DNA of 64,000 bases from Mytilus trossulus (GCF_036588685.1 NC_086376.1:87523630-87587629), one strand, 5' to 3'. Numbered from the stretch's first letter, positions 29,701-44,700 are shown. The notes: a model not told the origin generated them from the sequence alone. A program made the numbers and translations.

Positions 29701-32700
29701 TTGGATAAAGTACTGCAGTACAATATTGCAAAAGTATGCGACCATGTGATAATCAAAAGGCAATTTAATCAAAACTCTAATTTTTGAGTTATTTAACATT
29801 TCTTGTTTGGTGTGAGAAAATATTTCTCCTCACGAGTGAAATGCACAGACAAGTTTGCTCTGCAAGCCTCTCACTTTATAATATAAAAATTTAACTGTCT
29901 CCAGTGGTGAAATATCATAAGACATTAGTTGTAGTGTTGAAATCTATATATGAAACTAATTATCAGCATATAGAAATGGGATGAAATAGGAGACTTGATT
30001 AAGGCCTCCAGTACAAATCCAATTTCTTCAAAGTTTTAGTTGCCTTCAATCTTTTATATTTTCTTTATTTCTTGTGTTGACTAAAAGTTATCATTTAAAT
30101 GAAGGATAAGAATGGATGAAAATTCTGAAAATATAACCACCTATGAAGTTAATTAATTCTTTCTCATATAATCAAACTTGTATAACATTTGATATAAACT
30201 CATCATAGATTTGATATTTTCGCCAATTACCCTATGCCAATAGACTCATCATTATATAGATACGTTCTAGGAATTATTCACTTTTTTTCAGGGAATCAAC
30301 TCCACTACTGGATGACCTTTACTTATCAACAAATCTAGATAATATTTTATCCAAGCAATTCAAATTTTACATCTATGACCTACCATCTTCCATGAATGCG
30401 GACATTGTAAATTATGCAGTTCAAAACTATGGATTACGGAACTGTATGTCACTGAGAAATAACGGCATGGGAGATGAACTGCTCACCATAGGAGAAAATA
30501 ATGAGATATCAGTTCGTAACACAGACCAGTTTGCTCTGGAAGTTATCATTCACCAAAAGTTATTGAAAAGTTCCTACAGAACATTAGACCCAGATTTGGC
30601 TGACATTTTCTACGTTCCGGCCTATGTTGGTACACATTGTATATTTTTCAACAAATATTATTTCACAAGTTTAAGTGACCAATTAATCATGAACTTAACA
30701 GAATTTCTACTTTCTCAAAAATATTATATAGAAGGAAAGCCTCACTTTTCAACAATTAGTAAAATTCACAGAGAAATGTGTTCAGAGTTTTGCCCTTATC
30801 TGCAGTACAATATAGCACAAAATATGACATTTCTATCCATAGAAAGGGAAGTAACCCCATCTGATAACTTGTTTATGAAAACTGCTGCTCAGTCCATTAA
30901 TGTTGTTCCATACCCTTCTTTTATACACTGGGTACCAGAAAACATGACTAAGAATTCACTACCAATTCAAAGCTTAGACCAGAGAGACGTGTTCATATTC
31001 TTACCTGCAGGAATTATTTGCCAAAATGAATTCAGATGTAAAATCATGGAACAATTTACACATAAAACAAATCAATCATACGAAGAATACAAAAATAAAA
31101 CTTTGCCAACAGAAATGGTTTTCTTTGAAGTGGCACAATGTGACCAGGAAACAGAAAAAAATTTAGTGTTGTGGATGCATCTTTCTGTTTTCTGTTTACA
31201 GCCACCAGGAGATTCCCCGACCAGAAAATCATTTTACGATTCAATAATGAGTGGTTGTATACCAGTAACATTTGGAAACCACTCTTTACAATATGCATTT
31301 TCAAAATATTTTGATTTTTCAAAGTTTACTGTATCAATACCTGTGGATATAGCTAACAATGATAAAGGAATACTTAATTTTCTGAAGGATATAGATATAA
31401 AAACAATGCAAAGACTGCATTCAAATCTACTACATGTTATGAAATACATGCAGTATTCAATATCATCTGATGATAAAATGGAAGAACCAGATGATGCAAT
31501 GAAGTTCATTCTTGCAGAGCTAGCAGATAAACTTATTCCAAAAACATAATGGCACCAGTTCTTTAAAATATATATTTATTTTTGTATGTTTTTTTTATAA
31601 TAAAGTATTTTACATTTTAACAGCATTTTTGTTATAAATAATATTATAAAATGTTTATGGAACTGAACTATGTTCAGATGTTAAGTTGCTACAATTATCT
31701 CTATCTATAATGAACTTGGCCCAGTTATTACAGTGGAAAATATTTTCTAAAAAATTATGAAAATTGTTAAAAAATGACAATAAAGGGCAATACCTCCTTC
31801 AGGGGTCAACTGACCTTTTTGGTCTAGTTGACTCATTTGTACCGGTAATCTTACTTTGCTGAACATTTTTGTTGTTTACAGTTTATCTCTATCTATAATA
31901 ATATTCAAGATAATAACCAAAAACAGCCAAATTTCCTTCAAAAGTTCCAATTCAGGGGCAGCAACCCAACAACCAGTAGTTGGATTCATCTGAAAATTTC
32001 AGGGCAGATAGATATTGACTTGCAAAACAATTGAACCCATGTCTGAATTGCTCTTAATGTTTTGGTTTCAAAGTTATAAGCCAAAAACTACATTTTACCC
32101 CTATGTTGTATTTTTAGCCATGGCAGCCATCTTGGTTGGTAGGCAGGGTCATCGCACACATTTTTTAAACTGGATACCTCAATGATGATTATGGCCAAGT
32201 ATGGTTAAATTTGAACAAGTAGTTTTGAAGGATAAGATTTTTGTAAAAGATTAGAAAAAATTACAAAAAAATTGGTAAACAAGAATGTGTCCCCAGTACA
32301 CGAATGCCCCACTCGCACTATCATTTTCTATGTTCAATGGACCGTGAAATTGAGGTAAAAACTCTAATTTGGCATTTAAATTTAAAAGATCATATCATAG
32401 GGAACATGTGTCCAAATTTTGAAGTCGATTGGACTTCAACTTCATCAAAAACTACCTTGACCAAAAACTTTAACCTGAAGCGGGACAGACGGACCAACAG
32501 ACGAACGGACGGACGAACGGACGAACGGACGCACAGACCAGAAAACATAATGCCCCTCTACTATCGTAGGTGGGGCATAAAAATGACTATAAAGGGCAAT
32601 TACTCCTTAAGGGGTCAACTGACCATTTTAGTCATATAAACTTATTTGTAGATCCTACTTTGCTGATCATTATTGCTACTTACAGTTTATCTCTATCTAT

Positions 32701-35700
32701 AATAATATTCAAAATAATAGCCAAAAAAAACCGGTATAATTTCCATAAAATTACAAATTCAGGGGCATCAACCCAACAACTGGTTGTCCGATTCGTCTGA
32801 AAACTTCAGGGCAGATGTATCTTTATCTGATAAACAATTTTACCCCTGTGTCAGATTTGCTCTAAATGCTTTGGTTTCAGAGTTATAAGCTCAAATCTAC
32901 ATTTTACCCCTATGTTCTATTTTTAGCCATGGCGGCCATCTTGGTTGGTTGGCAAGGTCACGCCACACATATTTTAAACTAGATACCCCAATAACGATTG
33001 TGGCCAAGTTTGGTTTAATTTGTCTCAGTAGTTTGAGAGCAGATGATTTTTGGTAAAAGGTAACAACAACAGACGACGACGACAGACGCCAACAAAATGA
33101 CGCAAAGTGATGAGAAAAGCTCTCTTGGCCCTTCGGGCCAGGTGAGCTAAAAAATCTCATATGCCTCACATCTCATAATATGGCAGTACAGTTTGTGGTG
33201 TCTAACTTCTGAATTCTGAAATTTTACTGCCAAATATATGGATGAAGAAAAGCAACAAAGGAACTATAAAATTAAGAATAGAAATGGGGAGTATGTCAAA
33301 GAGACAACAAACCGACCAAAGAGCATGTATTGGCCAAAAGCCACCAATGAATCTTTAAGACATTAAAAAAATCCTGCACCAGGAGGTGGGCTTCAGCAGA
33401 GCCCCATATAAAAAAAATAGAACTAATTCAGTGAAAATGAACGTCATACTAAAGGAGGTCTCATTGGGGGTTCCGATCCCTGATCCCACTTACTGTTTTG
33501 TCAGATTCCTGCATCCTGCTTACACTATGTACGTAAGCAATTCTCATTTTTTTTAATTTCCCGTGTCCCACTAGACTCCATTTCCCATTTCACACCACAA
33601 TAATTTGATTTTCACTTGTCACGCTTACAATAAAATCAGCAATCCCTCGTCACGATTAGACCCTAATGAGACCCACAGTTATCTCCAAAACAATAGAATA
33701 AACTAAAATTTAAAAAAAACATACAAGACTATCAAATGACAGAGGGTCCTGACCTTGGACAGACACAAAATTGCAACAAAGTCCAGATGTTTTGTGAGGT
33801 CTCAACTTCCCCTCATACCTCTAGGCAATGTAGAATAAAGAAACCTACAGCAATATGCACAGTATTCAATGGATGGTTACTTCCCTTATTTTATGGTCTT
33901 TTTATACACATTCACTCTACATCCATTATACTATCAACAGAATATAAAGATAACTTACTTGAATCTGACCTTCACCTCTTATATAGCCTGTCATTTTATT
34001 TATCTGTGAGGACATCTCCTTAGCAACCTTAACAATAGGATTACAATCATCTTCCCATTTCTCTGCCTCGGACTGCAGGTATTTTGATGCTGCCTGTCAA
34101 AGCAATAAATCATAAGAAAATAACCAGTTTCATACTGCATTTTTTCGCTCATCAAGTGAAAAAAAAATCATAAATGAGAACATTTTAACATGAAGAAAGA
34201 GTTTGAATGCATTCCGTTACAAAGGATTTTAAAAAAGATGTACTGTGAGCTAATTTTGCCTTATTAAGTTTGATGAAAAATATTGTTGCTTATATTTAAA
34301 AGTATAACTTACGGCAAACAGGAATAGCATAAAATAAAGAGCTGAAAAAGTGTCATACAATATTTCATAACCAAATGCAGCTTGGACTTGGAGCTACCCT
34401 TTGAATTAGAATTCAAAAGGGGAAATAAAAAGCTAAACAGACACACTTTCTGTTGCATATGCCACAAATATTCTTTTAAATTTTAATATATTGAGTTTCT
34501 GTCATTTTGGTCATGATTGGCATTTCTGGCATAGGGAAAACCTAAAACTGGAAGGATCACAATTCATTTCAAGTATGGCAAATTTTAAAAATAATCTATA
34601 ACTTACTAGAACAGAAGCATTAGGTTTATAAGGAGAATCTGATGCCTTCTTTTTCCTTCCAACTTTAGAAAATTGACCAACTGCCATATTCTGTTTTTCA
34701 CTGGAAAAAATAGGTTTAATTTTTCATTTTATTGAGAAATGCAGAGTTGTTATCATGATACTAAACTTCTTCCAAGAAATTTTGGATGAATTGTGTTATA
34801 ATTGTCATCACTACATAAATTTCTGTTTTTAGTAAAAAAAATATTTACATTTTGTCAAAAATCCTAAAAATTAATGCACACACAAATTTCTTAATTTACA
34901 GTTCATGTCCTATTATGTTTAAGATTTGGTCCAATCAGCAGAAATGTAACAAAAGGAGTAGGTTCCGGTAAGGGCCGATTTTGGCCTCAAATTTCAGGTT
35001 CATCTAACGAAAGTTTTTTGACACTATTTAAACACTTAAGTGTCTATTTCAATTGATTCGATAAGTTTATGCAAAAGATTTTAACTGATTTAGTCATTAA
35101 AAATGCTCTGATGTATGCTTAAATATGACAAATCTATCAAATATGCCAAAAAACGTCACTTTTCAAATGTTTTTTTGTCAAAAATGAAAGTCCGTGTTCA
35201 TCCTCAACCTTTATATATATGTTTTGTATTATCATCAAATACAACTTACATTTCAATATTATGAATGAACACGAATGCGGCCACTTCCATTTTAGACAGA
35301 AACCTTCTAAAAATTAACCTAAATGATAGAATTTTGAAGATTTCAGTAATTTAGCATGACTTAATGATGGTAGAACACGATATGTGTGCCTTGTATTGTC
35401 AAAAACAGCCCATATTTATGTAGCAGAAGCATTTGACTTTCCAAAACATAGCTTGAAGATTACATTTTCACAATTTAGTAAAACTGCTATATTTTGGGGC
35501 CAAAAAGGGGGTCTTACTGAACCTACTCCTTAAATATGTATACATTAATAGCTAAATTACACAGGATAGGTAAAAATGTGATAAAATAAGGTTGAATGAT
35601 TATAAGTTAAATACAGTCAGTAATGTTACCTTTAGACATTTATATTTGATGTATTTTTGTATGCTTGTTAATTCAAAGAGACTTCTGTCATATTTATTAT

Positions 35701-38700
35701 TTTATCCAAATATTAAACATCTGATGATATCAGATAGTAATATCTACATTTTCACAGCAATAATTTGCCAGATATACATTGTAGTATCATTAAGACAGCA
35801 ATTTCAAAATTTAAACATGATTGCCAATATAAACCTTGTAACACAGAGAAGTTCTTCATGTACTGTTCTAAATCCTCCATGTTTGTTGTCATTCTCCTCA
35901 ACTGATTGGATTGAAGGCTCTAATGTGTCAGTATGTGTACATTCTTCAGGTGTTTTAACACCTAAAACTTTATTCAAGTCTGTGAAATGTAAAGAAGATA
36001 AGTAACAAAGGGTATATGACAGCTTTATATTAAGAAATAATTCATGGCAGCTGTAGATTTGTTTTCATTAAACCATGGGTCGGGCATTTATATTCGATTA
36101 TTTTACCCTGAGCCTTAGCAAGGGGTAAAATACAAATATAAATGCCCAACCAATGGTTAAATGAAAACAAATCTAAGGCTGCAATGAATTATTTCGATTC
36201 TAATAGGACAAATTTCGGTAATTTTGTTTACCATGAAAGCCCTATACATACAATATTGTTTTTGGCTGTTCCATTTACCAAATTTTGATAATATAAGTAA
36301 TATTATATAATTCATTGATAAATTTTTTAATAGCATTTTTCACTTATATGTTTTCTTCCAATGTAATTTTATTCGTTCTGAGGCATATAAGAAGCTTTAA
36401 AACGCCGGGTATTTACATTTGATTTTTTGTGTACGGAAACATACTTGTGACATCCTCTTTTTTCATTGCCATGCCAAGACAATAACATCATTTTGCCGAA
36501 TTTTCGTTTTATGAAATTTTACCAGGAAAAGTAATTTGTAAATCTACTAATTTGTTTATTTTGCTGTAGAATAGACAAAAATATATTGTATTTGAATCTT
36601 GGCCTATGTAAACTAGGGGTTTTAATGTCGAAAATTGAGAATATCTGGTAGTATGAATAAGTTTGTTGTAACTCAGAACAGCCATATTACTGTATTTGCG
36701 CTAAAGGTAGATATTTATAGATTATTACATGGCATTTTCCATATGGCCCTGGTATCAGCCCTAGACTCCCATATCAAGCCAGAGGGCTTGATATGGGTCG
36801 TGGGCTGATATTACGGACCATATGGAAAATGACATGTAATAATCTATTTATCACATATTTTCAAGCAAGAGAAAGAAAAAAATAGCATACACCAAATTAT
36901 GTTTAATATTTCATCACAAATTCAAAAAGACATTTAATGAAAAAAAAATCAAAATATGTATCACCATGCACCATGAGTTAAAAAAAAAAGTTCGTATCAC
37001 AGTACGTAAGCAACGTTTTGTGATAAGATTCTGAAATAATTAACAATAAATATATTTATTCTAAGAATTGCAAATATTAAACGACTTAAAGTGTTACATT
37101 ACCAATGTTAAATATGCTTTATAGGAAGAATACCATATCGCTACTCATTCCAGTGTGGCGTCAAATTTTGACATCTAAATTCTTTATGACATCAAAATTT
37201 TACAAAACTTTTGTGATTTTCACTATTGATATTTACTTATTTCTACTACAGCAGATTCGTAAATTTCTAAATTTCTTTTCATTGTGTTCTCATTTTTAAT
37301 TTTTTGTATGAATTTACATGCATCGTCATTTGACACAGGCACTTGTCTCCAAAAAAAAATCCTATACACCTTAATGTTATATTAAGGTATATATAGGGAA
37401 AAAAAATTTGAGACAAGTGCCTGTGTCATTTGATCTGAGAGAAAACTCTCCTGGTCGTTTTGCTGCTTTGGCTGACAACTTGTTTACAAATTAATTTTGA
37501 TTGACAGGTTTACCGGAAGTTAAACTCGGGGGCTTGATATGGATTTCGAAGGCTGATATCGATCTCGGCCCCGAGGGCTGATAACCAACCTTGACTTCCG
37601 GCTATTATTGGCCATGCAAAAACGTACATATCAGTATAAAATATGTGATAAATTGTGATTATACTGGTTGACGATAATAGGTCATCATATTATAATTCAA
37701 ATTTCCATATGTGTATTAAAATGTCTGTGTGTTTTACTTTAAAATTATTTACTGGCGCGAAAAAAAATTACTCTTTAAAAATATTTAGGTTATTGCTGTA
37801 TGACATCAATATGTTATTTGTACATGTCCTATGGCATTTCAGAGATAGTTCAGTTAATACCCAATAGCGTAAATACAACTATACAAGACTCTGGAGATAA
37901 TTTAGATAATAACTATCATTACTTTTAACTAATCCTGGCTTTAAATCTTTCATCTGTTGTATACACACTAAAAGTTGACGAACTTTAGCTGCCCATGAAA
38001 CTTTCTGTTTTGTGAATTCTTCCATTGTACTTGATAAATCGCCATCTTCTACAATAATATAAAAATAGGTAAAGCACAGTGGTTGAAATAATTTAACCAC
38101 TTGTCTTAATATATTCTGTATTTTTTTTTCAAATCAAGGTTCTTTTATAAAAGGTTGTTGAATACCTGACAAGTAAAAATTAATATGTTAAAAGCTGGAA
38201 TAACCAAAAAGATTTAACTAATTATATATATAGTCTTACTGGCATATTTTTTTCAGAGATGTTTCATTTTATCAATTCATTTCTTTTTGTAGATTGAGGA
38301 AAATCCTATTTTCATGGATATTTGATTTTGTGGGTTGCTGAAGTCAGAATGTTCTTAAGTCTTTAAATAAATAGCTTGGTTCACCTATATCCTGGATATC
38401 CATGAACATTAGTATTCTAAGAATAATTATTCATACAATATACAGAAAAGGCTCCTGTTTTTCACCTACCAGTTAATTTTTTGACAATATCAATAAGCTG
38501 AGGAGATATACCAGTTACTTCATCTAAACACTTTCTAACAGCTGATCGCTTGTCAAGTTCTGTAGACAGCTGGATACCTTGTAAAGTTTTCTGTCGTAAA
38601 CTCATCAAACTTTCACTGAATTTACTGAGAGACAACTGAAACTCTGACATGCACATTTGTTTTTCTGCATCTACAAAAAATTTTCAAAGAAAGTGTTATG

Positions 38701-41700
38701 AAAAGAACATTTAAAAATATAAAAAAAAGTCAATCATTCAAAATACAATCAAAGTGCTTGTAAGTATTGAATGATAAAGATTGCATTAATTTATCAGTGG
38801 GAAATAAAATTAATAAATATCGCATTGAATTAAGCATTGGTTGTGGTTGATACAACTACAATTTTGGACAATGGGAGACAACTCCAATTTTTAAAGATTG
38901 CTTTTATAATGACATTGTTTATATTTTTAGAACAGATGTCAGATGCATGCACCTTGCATAAGTTATGTAATTTTTCTTGATAGGTGTAGCTTTACTTTGT
39001 AATTGGAATATCTGAGCATACATTACATTTATAAGTTTCTGGAAATGTTCATGGATAAGATGTATAGAATGTTATGATCAATGCACTATATTTTGTGTAT
39101 CAAAAAAGGTAGTGATAAGCCTTAGAAGATTTAGATATCAAGTCAGTCCCATAAGGTTTTGATTGTATTCCATGCAATCTTTACCTAAAAATGGAAAAAA
39201 CATTAATTTGTCACTGCTAATATTTTTTTTGTGATTGTAGGAATTTTTCAATAAGTTGTATTGAGTTTATTAGGAAAAGTTGCAGTACCAAAAAAAGCAA
39301 TGGCAAAGTCCATGCTTTGGTTAGGAACAACTAAATAATTATTCAAAATAAAAAAAAAAAAAAAAGATGCACAGCAGCATTATATGATTAAGAAGACATT
39401 TAAAAATAGTTCACTCAGAAAGAGTTGCAGATACAATATTGGTATTTTCAAAATTATGCTATGGCAAAGTCTGTGTTTTGGTATTAAAGGAAAACCCCTA
39501 AAAAAAAATTATTCATATCAAAAGTATAATTACCTGTTTTAGCTGTCCTAACTTCCACAGCGCTATCTGACAGTTTATTTAACAATGCTGTATACATTAA
39601 TGTCTGCTCTTGTAATATATCCATACATTTTATACTCTGAAAATAGAAACACTTATTTTTGACATTCCTTTTAGTGGATGTTAACACCATAAACATAAAA
39701 TTTTGCAAAATTAGTAACTACATTCATATATCAAACATTTTTAAAATACTTTTAGATCATAAAAATATCTACATATATCTAATTTTTCTGTACATATTAC
39801 CATTGCACACATTAATGGTTTTCATTTTAGAGTAAATTCCTTTCACACCGCCTATCCTGACAAACTTCACTTGATATACTGTATGTGTTTTACTCATAAC
39901 TTAAGGCCCTACACTGACCTATCTTTGTTTACTTCTATGGCAATTGGTCTCTTTTGGAGAGTTTTCTCATTGGCAATCATACCACATATTTTTTTTTATA
40001 TTGACACCAGATTTTTAATATAACCTATAAATTACTATTATCCTAACTGGGAAGTATCTTTATTGAATCAACCTGGTTTGGACTAACCTTAACAATCCAC
40101 TGTGCAGAAAGTAGACCAAGTCTACAACATATGTATGTCACGGTTATCTTATCCACTTCTCTCTTTTTCCTGGAGGAAGTGGATTTCATACTGTCATATA
40201 ATCCATCTAGATCTAAACAAAGGGATGTTGCTAATTCAGAAACACTGTCATTTCTGAAATAATAAAGTCATATCCATGTAGCTGTTGTTTATTTAGATAA
40301 ATTGACCAGTTGGAGAAATCATATCTACAACTAACTGAATCCACTGAAAGAGATTACCAGAAACAAAAAGTTCCTATTAAAAAGAGGTGAGATTCAAGGT
40401 ATGGTCAGGGAAATATCAATCAAATTTAAAAAAAAAACCATGTCCATGTTACAACTTTACATTATCAAAGAATAAATCATAAAGCTATGACATTAAAATC
40501 AATGATGAACTTACCCAAGACATGCACTGTGTAAGAGATTCCTAATCTGACTATTCTGATGCAGTATATGTTACTTACCCAAGACATGCACTGTGTAAGA
40601 GATTCCTGATCTGACTATTCTGATGCAGTATATGTTACTTACCCAAGACATGCACTGTGTAAGAAATTCCTGATCTGACTATTCTGATGCAGTACATGTT
40701 ACTTACCCAAGACATGCACTGTGTAAGAGATTCCTAATCTGACTATTCTGATGCAGTATATGTTACTTACCCAAGACATGCACTGTGTAAGAGATTCCTA
40801 ATCTGACTATTCTGATGCAGTACATGTTACTTACCCAAGACATGCACTGTGTAAGAGATTCCTGATCTGACTATTCTGATGCAGTATATGTTACTTACCC
40901 AAGACATGCACTGTGTAAGAGATTCCTGATCTGACTATTCTGATGCAGTATATGCTACTTACCCAAGACATGCACTGTGTAAGAGATTCCTAATCTGACT
41001 ATTCTGATGCAGTACATGTTACTTACCCAAGACATGCACTGTGTAAGAGATTCCTGATCTGACTATTCTGATGCAGTATATGTTACTTACCCAAGACATG
41101 CACTGTGTAGGAGATTCCTGATCTGACTATTCTGATGCAGTATATGTTACTTACCCAAGACATGCACTGTGTAAGAGATTCCTAATCTTACCATTCTGAT
41201 GCAGTATATGTTACTTACCCAAGACATGCACTGTGTAGGAGATTCCTGATCTGACTATTCTGATGCAGTATATGTTACTTACCCAAGACATGCACTGTGT
41301 AAGAGATTCCTGATCTGACTATTCTGATGCAGTACATGTTACTTACCCAAGACATGCACTGTGTAAGAGATTCCTGATCTGACTATTCTGATGCAGTATA
41401 TGTTACTTACCCAAGACATGCACTGTGTAGGAGATTCCTAATCTGACTATTCTGATGCAGTATATGTTACTTACCCAAGACATGCACTGTGTAGGAGATT
41501 CCTAATCTGACTATTCTGATGCAGTATATGTTACTTACCCAAGACATGCACTGTGTAAGAGATTCCTGATCTGACTATTCTGATGCAGTATATGTTACTT
41601 ACCCAAGACATGCACTGTGTAAGAGATTCCTGATCTGACTATTCTGATGCAGTATATGTTACTTACCCAAGACATGCACTGTGTAGGAGATTCCTGATCT

Positions 41701-44700
41701 GACTATTCTGATGCAGTATATGTTACTTACCCAAGACATGCACTGTGTAAGAGATTCCTAATCTTACCATTCTGATGCAGTATATGTTACTTACCCAAGA
41801 CATGCACTGTGTAGGAGATTCCTGATCTGACTATTCTGATGCAGTATATGTTACTTACCCAAGACATGCACTGTGTAAGAGATTCCTGATCTGACTATTC
41901 TGATGCAGTATATGTTACTTACCCAAGACATGCACTGTGTAAGAGATTCCTAATCTGACTATTCTGATGCAGTACATGTTACTTACCCAAGACATGCACT
42001 GTGTAAGAGATTCCTGATCTGACTATTCTGATGCAGTATATGTTACTTACCCAAGACATGCACTGTGTAAGAGATTCCTGATCTGACTATTCTGATGCAG
42101 TACATGTTACTTACCCAAGACATGCACTGTGTAAGAGATTCCTAATCTTACCATTCTGATGCAGTATATGTTACTTACCCAAGACATGCACTGTGTAGGA
42201 GATTCCTGATCTGACTATTCTGATGCAGTATATGTTACTTACCCAAGACATGCACTGTGTAAGAGATTCCTGATCTGACTATTCTGATGCAGTATATGTT
42301 ACTTACCCAAGACATGCACTGTGTAAGAGATTCCTAATCTGACTATTCTGATGCAGTACATGTTACTTACCCAAGACATGCACTGTGTAAGAGATTCCTG
42401 ATCTGACTATTCTGATGCAGTATATGTTACTTACCCAAGACATGCACTGTGTAAGAGATTCCTGATCTGACTATTCTGATGCAGTATATGCTACTTACCC
42501 AAGACATGCACTGTGTAAGAGATTCCTAATCTGACTATTCTGATGCAGTACATGTTACTTACCCAAGACATGCACTGTGTAAGAGATTCCTGATCTGACT
42601 ATTCTGATGCAGTATATGTTACTTACCCAAGACATGCACTGTGTAGGAGATTCCTGATCTGACTATTCTGATGCAGTATATGTTACTTACCCAAGACATG
42701 CACTGTGTAAGAGATTCCTAATCTTACCATTCTGATGCAGTATATGTTACTTACCCAAGACATGCACTGTGTAGGAGATTCCTGATCTGACTATTCTGAT
42801 GCAGTATATGTTACTTACCCAAGACATGCACTGTGTAAGAGATTCCTGATCTGACTATTCTGATGCAGTACATGTTACTTACCCAAGACATGCACTGTGT
42901 AAGAGATTCCTGATCTGACTATTCTGATGCAGTATATGTTACTTACCCAAGACATGCACTGTGTAGGAGATTCCTAATCTGACTATTCTGATGCAGTATA
43001 TGTTACTTACCCAAGACATGCACTGTGTAGGAGATTCCTAATCTGACTATTCTGATGCAGTATATGTTACTTACCCAAGACATGCACTGTGTAAGAGATT
43101 CCTGATCTGACTATTCTGATGCAGTATATGTTACTTACCCAAGACATGCACTGTGTAAGAGATTCCTGATCTGACTATTCTGATGCAGTATATGTTACTT
43201 ACCCAAGACATGCACTGTGTAGGAGATTCCTGATCTGACTATTCTGATGCAGTATATGTTACTTACCCAAGACATGCACTGTGTAAGAGATTCCTAATCT
43301 TACCATTCTGATGCAGTATATGTTACTTACCCAAGACATGCACTGTGTAGGAGATTCCTGATCTGACTATTCTGATGCAGTATATGTTACTTACCCAAGA
43401 CATGCACTGTGTAAGAGATTCCTGATCTGACTATTCTGATGCAGTACATGTTACTTACCCAAGACATGCACTGTGTAAGAGATTCCTGATCTGACTATTC
43501 TGATGCAGTATATGTTACTTACCCAAGACATGCACTGTGTAAGAGATTCCTGATCTGACTATTCTGATGCAGTACATGTTACTTACCCAAGACATGCACA
43601 GTGCAAGAGATTCCTAATCTGACTATTCTGATGCAGTACATGTTACTTACCCAAGACATGCACTGTGTAAGAGATTCCTGATCTGACTATTCTGATGCAG
43701 TACATATTACTTACCCAAGACATGCACTGTGTAAGAGATTCCTAATCTGACTATTCTGATGCAGTATATGTTACTTACCCAAGACATGCACTGTGTAAGA
43801 GATTCCTGATCTGACTATTCTGATGCAGTACATGTTACTTACCCAAGACATGCACTGTGCAAGAGATTCCTAATCTGACTATTCTGATGCAGTATATGTT
43901 ACTTACCCAAGACATGCACTGTGTAAGAGATTCCTAATCTGACTATTCTGATGCAGTATATGTTCAAACAGTTGTGAGTCTTTCAATGGAATGCTGTCAT
44001 TTGGCCACACTCTTCTGTCACAACCTTTAGTGTAAAGGTCAGAGGTCAAACCTTCAAGGTCATCCAGAACACAAAATATTCTTACAGCCCATTCTCTGCA
44101 AAGTTGTTCAAGTTGACATTTATCTTGATGAGTAGCTGCAATAAAGAAAGCTACATTAACATATATGTAATGTGGTTTCATAACTCTACAACAGTTTAAT
44201 ACAGGGTGATATCTTATATTTTTATAACTTTGACAATTATTCATCATAAGTTTTTTTTTTTTTTTGGTTTCAAACATTTTAAAAGTGAAATTGTGAAATA
44301 ACATTTTTTATAAATAATCATTTTTTGTTCATTTTTAACAAAATAAGCTCAAAAACATTGATGATGCACCATTGGCTTGCAAGTAGATAATTCAACTCAT
44401 TTGAATCTGTATTCATGGGAACTTCAATTTAAAATTGTTTCTATAGGACTTTTGGTAATTTGGATAGATGTTTTTTTTTTAAATATGTTATAAATAAAAT
44501 AACAGATTTTGAGTCTTATCAGTGAACATATATTTGACAGCTAATGCCCCTTAAAAAACAGGTCATCGGACTTCCGAGATAAACATGAGTGCTGACAACT
44601 CATAAAATTACTATGGTTACAAAAAAATAGTACACTATAAGCCATAGTAATATTATCTAATGTTAATAACAGGACAATGACAATCTTTAGGACTTACATG

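Noticed and set aside
31056-31509. Minus-strand ORFs over the GT47 gene (and 51137-51514 over the LINE)
   Set aside because: Antisense shadows of real coding sequence.
40509-43900. 12-nt microexon in each unit (TTACACAG|TGCATGTCTTGG|GTAAGT)
   Set aside because: Formally possible and frame-preserving, but adjacent-unit introns would be only 52 nt and the pyrimidine tract is weak; unsupported without RNA data.
40509-43964. CRISPR-like appearance of the regular repeats (also 55322-56419)
   Set aside because: No unique spacers, no cas genes, eukaryotic context; the units are head-to-tail copies of exon edges.
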